Below are positions 61,190 to 64,000 of a stretch of 64,000 nucleotides of DNA, piece after piece (the first letter of the stretch is position 1; each line of letters opens with the position of its first letter). The notes beneath the pieces were generated by a model. The model saw only the letters and a program-made list of their open reading frames with translations. It had not been told where the DNA came from and made no database searches. Position numbers and translations under genes: made by a program. Location of the stretch: positions 1,152,001-1,216,000 of the forward strand of contig CP000066.1 of the NCBI GenBank assembly GCA_000002445.1, given 5' to 3'. Source of the stretch: Trypanosoma brucei (taxonomy: Eukaryota).

Positions 61190-62959
61190 CTATTCGAGGC
61201 GTGCCGGTGCAGTGTTGTTTCCGATGCGGACCTGCTCGCCACCGGCACCAGAGCTGCGCAGTAAGCGCGCCCTCTTGATTTCCTCGCGTTCGGCGGCAAT
61301 CTTCACCTCCTCCTGCTTCGTCAGGTGCGAGCGGTACTCCACCATCTTGCTGCGGCGTGTAAGCACCTCCTCGTTGTTCTCGTCCACAGGGTGGTTGAAC
61401 TCGATGCCAGCAGCGTCCAGAGCCTCCTCTGACTCCTTGAACTCCTCCAACGCCTTCGCCTGCTTCTCTTTCAGCATCGCCAGCTCCTCCTCTACGCCCT
61501 GGCGCAGCCTGTATAGCTCTTTCTTCATGTCGGCGTGCTTCTTCGCATTCGGGTCGAATGTTTCCACACAGAACTCCAACTGGATGTGCGTTGTACGGAT
61601 GTTCCGGTCAATCTCCTCCATCCGCTTCTCTTTCTTGTAGATAAGAGAACCCAACGTGAGGTACAGCATGCGGAAGTACTCCAAGTGCTCTTTATGAACA
61701 TCCAAACGAAGGGCTGCAAGATCCTGGCTCGTTTTGTCGTGGCGGGCCTTCACCGCGGCACAGCCCTCCGACACCAGCTCCTCCACCAGCCCGGTACAGC
61801 GGATCGCGAGGTCGCAGTTGTACACTGTCAGCTCGAGCAGTTTCTTGTGCTGCGAGGCAACCTCCAGGAATTGAGAGTACTCCACACGTCGCTTCTCCTC
61901 GCGGTCAATCTCCTCAATCCGCCGCTTGACCTCATCGAATCGCTCCGTGCCAAGCTTCTGCAACTGCCGCTCAAGGTCCTGGATCTTGTTCCACGTCTCC
62001 TCCTGCCTATCCTCGTTCTCTCGGATGTAGCGGTCGCTTTTCTCTTTGTTCGCAGCGTGGCGCTTCGTCGCCTCGGCATCCTCAAGGTCAGCCTTCTGGA
62101 TCGCGTCGTGGATGTGCTTCAGATCTGTCTCACACCGCTGCTTCAGGCGACGCTTCGCATCCTTCATCTGACTCGTTTCCTGATTCGCCTGTTTCTGCAC
62201 CTCATGGATTTTGCTGAAGGCCTGGTTCTCCTCCTCACATTTGCTGATCAAGCGGAATTTGTCCTGAATCAGATCGATTAAGCGCTCCTGAAGCTGTACC
62301 TTCGTCCACATTTGCTCCTCGGCGACCTGCATCTCACCATCATGCATCGCAACGTTCTGGATCTCGTTCGTTTTTTCAAGCTGCGCCAACTGCGTCTTGA
62401 TCTGGTCGTCAGTTGAGGCAAGCGCATTCTGGATTTGCGTTACGTTCATGATATCCTCCACTTGCTTCAATGTCTGTGTGGGGACCTGCGCCAACTGCGT
62501 TGCATCCAGCTGCGAGCGGCGAAGCTCCTCCTCAACCTTTTCAACCTTCGCGATGGCGTTGTCGATCATCTGCGTGAAGCTCACAACACGCGTCTTGTTG
62601 CGGTTCTGACGCAGGTCCTGAAGCACCTTTTTCATGGCAATAATGTCCATGAATTGTGCCTTGTCCTCAGGGCGGTAAAGCTCGCGTTGGCTCATCTCGA
62701 GTCCACACACGCGCATCAGCTTTGCGAGGTCGTATACCTCCGTTAGGTTCCATTTCGTACCGACGTCCACAGCGGCAACCAGCTCCTCAGCCTTCAGGTG
62801 GGCGCCGCGCAGCTTCTGCCTCTGTGTCTCGCTCCAGTCAGATACATGCAATTCCTGTACAAGTTCCTCATTCTCCAAACAGGCTGTCTTCAGCTTCAGG
62901 TTGTGGATCTTCTGCTTGCGCGCAGCCTCCAAACCAGTGGCATCGTCAACTGCGGCCAT
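61190..62959 (-). CDS. PFR1: Paraflagellar rod protein, array copy 3 (identical)
   Basis: Identical protein; part of the repeated 2163-bp unit. Confidence 0.85.
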   Translation of the reverse strand: MAAVDDATGLEAARKQKIHNLKLKTACLENEELVQELHVSDWSETQRQKLRGAHLKAEELVAAVDVGTKWNLTEVYDLAKLMRVCGLEMSQRELYRPEDKAQFMDIIAMKKVLQDLRQNRNKTRVVSFTQMIDNAIAKVEKVEEELRRSQLDATQLAQVPTQTLKQVEDIMNVTQIQNALASTDDQIKTQLAQLEKTNEIQNVAMHDGEMQVAEEQMWTKVQLQERLIDLIQDKFRLISKCEEENQAFSKIHEVQKQANQETSQMKDAKRRLKQRCETDLKHIHDAIQKADLEDAEATKRHAANKEKSDRYIRENEDRQEETWNKIQDLERQLQKLGTERFDEVKRRIEEIDREEKRRVEYSQFLEVASQHKKLLELTVYNCDLAIRCTGLVEELVSEGCAAVKARHDKTSQDLAALRLDVHKEHLEYFRMLYLTLGSLIYKKEKRMEEIDRNIRTTHIQLEFCVETFDPNAKKHADMKKELYRLRQGVEEELAMLKEKQAKALEEFKESEEALDAAGIEFNHPVDENNEEVLTRRSKMVEYRSHLTKQEEVKIAAEREEIKRARLLRSSGAGGEQVRIGNNTAPARLE

Positions 62960-63352
62960 GGTAGCACTCTTTTATTAAGGATAATCGATTTCTTGTGTTG
63001 AAAGTTGTGTGATTTCTGTCTGGTGCTTGAAGTTCTTACGTGATGTTTCTAGATCTTATTCCTTGCTTTCCTACAAGCTATTGCGAAAAACTGTTTGCCG
63101 GACGCGTACAAGATGATGAAGAAAAGTGTGAGCATCAGTGCAATGTTAAAGCTACACAGGCAAGTGGTGGTGCCGGAAGCCGTCGGTTTGGCACAATAAC
63201 AGAGCGGATGCTCGAAAACGCATCATGGTGACCTACATATACCGACCCAGTTGGGCCTTTATTACATCTAGTACAAGAATAAGAAAAGACTGCACAAGAC
63301 ATTGGCATCAAATAACTAGTTGCACTCAATTTACATAATAATTGCGGCCACA

Positions 63353-64000
63353 CTATTCGAGGCGTGCCGGTGCAGTGTTGTTTCCGATGCGGACCTGCTC
63401 GCCACCGGCACCAGAGCTGCGCAGTAAGCGCGCCCTCTTGATTTCCTCGCGTTCGGCGGCAATCTTCACCTCCTCCTGCTTCGTCAGGTGCGAGCGGTAC
63501 TCCACCATCTTGCTGCGGCGTGTAAGCACCTCCTCGTTGTTCTCGTCCACAGGGTGGTTGAACTCGATGCCAGCAGCGTCCAGAGCCTCCTCTGACTCCT
63601 TGAACTCCTCCAACGCCTTCGCCTGCTTCTCTTTCAGCATCGCCAGCTCCTCCTCTACGCCCTGGCGCAGCCTGTATAGCTCTTTCTTCATGTCGGCGTG
63701 CTTCTTCGCATTCGGGTCGAATGTTTCCACACAGAACTCCAACTGGATGTGCGTTGTACGGATGTTCCGGTCAATCTCCTCCATCCGCTTCTCTTTCTTG
63801 TAGATAAGAGAACCCAACGTGAGGTACAGCATGCGGAAGTACTCCAAGTGCTCTTTATGAACATCCAAACGAAGGGCTGCAAGATCCTGGCTCGTTTTGT
63901 CGTGGCGGGCCTTCACCGCGGCACAGCCCTCCGACACCAGCTCCTCCACCAGCCCGGTACAGCGGATCGCGAGGTCGCAGTTGTACACTGTCAGCTCGAG
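63353..64000 (-). CDS. PFR1: Paraflagellar rod protein, array copy 4 (C-terminal 216 codons only; the gene continues beyond the right window edge)
   Basis: The sequence from 63342 onward repeats the unit. The stop codon is at 63353-63355, and the expected start (about 65122) lies outside the window. Confidence 0.8.
   Translation of the reverse strand, partial: LELTVYNCDLAIRCTGLVEELVSEGCAAVKARHDKTSQDLAALRLDVHKEHLEYFRMLYLTLGSLIYKKEKRMEEIDRNIRTTHIQLEFCVETFDPNAKKHADMKKELYRLRQGVEEELAMLKEKQAKALEEFKESEEALDAAGIEFNHPVDENNEEVLTRRSKMVEYRSHLTKQEEVKIAAEREEIKRARLLRSSGAGGEQVRIGNNTAPARLE

Larger units (their letters stand above)
56846..64000 (-). repeat. Perfect tandem repeat, unit 2163 bp (1770-bp PFR CDS plus 393-bp spacer), at least 3.3 units in the window
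   Basis: Start codons fall at 58633, 60796 and 62959, spaced exactly 2163 bp apart. The derived antisense/alternate-frame ORFs are identical in every unit. The array begins around 56846, where the 3' flank (cataataattgcggccacactattcgaggcg) first appears. Confidence 0.9.

Noticed and set aside
1-64000. Prokaryotic-type features: CRISPR array, sigma-70 promoters, rho-independent terminators, operons, defence island, IS elements
   Set aside because: The repeats present are 2.1-2.3-kb protein-coding units, not 25-40-bp direct repeats with spacers. Gene content (PFR, MORN, TM9SF, PROPPIN, MSH5) and organisation are eukaryotic/kinetoplastid, and I saw no transposase, integrase or Cas-like ORF.

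Overview
The window looks like nuclear chromosomal DNA from a kinetoplastid, most likely a Trypanosoma brucei-type genome. The basis is that (i) every substantial gene is intron-less and sits on the minus strand in one dense head-to-tail cluster, as in a polycistronic transcription unit, (ii) the right end carries a tandem array of identical paraflagellar-rod protein genes, a kinetoplastid/euglenid-specific flagellar structure, and (iii) intergenic spacers are full of (TA)n/(CA)n microsatellites, homopolymer runs and polypyrimidine/polypurine tracts. From memory, the combination of a membrane-anchored subtilisin-like peptidase, a large MORN-repeat protein, MSH5 and a PFR1 (PFR-C-type) tandem array resembles T. 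brucei chromosome 3. I cannot verify that without a database search.

I call about 23 protein-coding genes, all on the minus strand. In order of coordinates they are: four tandem copies (one truncated by the window start) of a 12-TM MFS-like transporter whose N-terminal third differs between copies; a Sec12-like WD/TM protein; several hypothetical proteins; a PROPPIN/Atg18-like WD40 protein with an FRRG motif; a UBL-UBA shuttle factor; a TM9SF/EMP70 nonaspanin; a 1.77k-aa protein built from repeated degenerate dsRBM-like modules; a RING-CH polytopic E3 ligase; a type-I membrane subtilisin with EGF-like and CUB-like modules; a thioredoxin-like protein; a double-hotdog acyl-CoA thioesterase; a 900-aa MORN-repeat protein; MSH5; and at least four identical 2163-bp PFR gene units that run off the right edge.

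I found no prokaryotic-style operon, CRISPR array, defence island or mobile element. The ORF track uses GTG/TTG as alternative starts, so I moved several 5' ends to the first in-frame ATG after the upstream polypyrimidine-derived low-complexity translation.

The items most worth follow-up are the dsRBM-repeat giant protein, the mosaic transporter array, the modular subtilisin, and the 2.9-kb ORF-free, strand-asymmetric interval at 47.9-50.8 kb.
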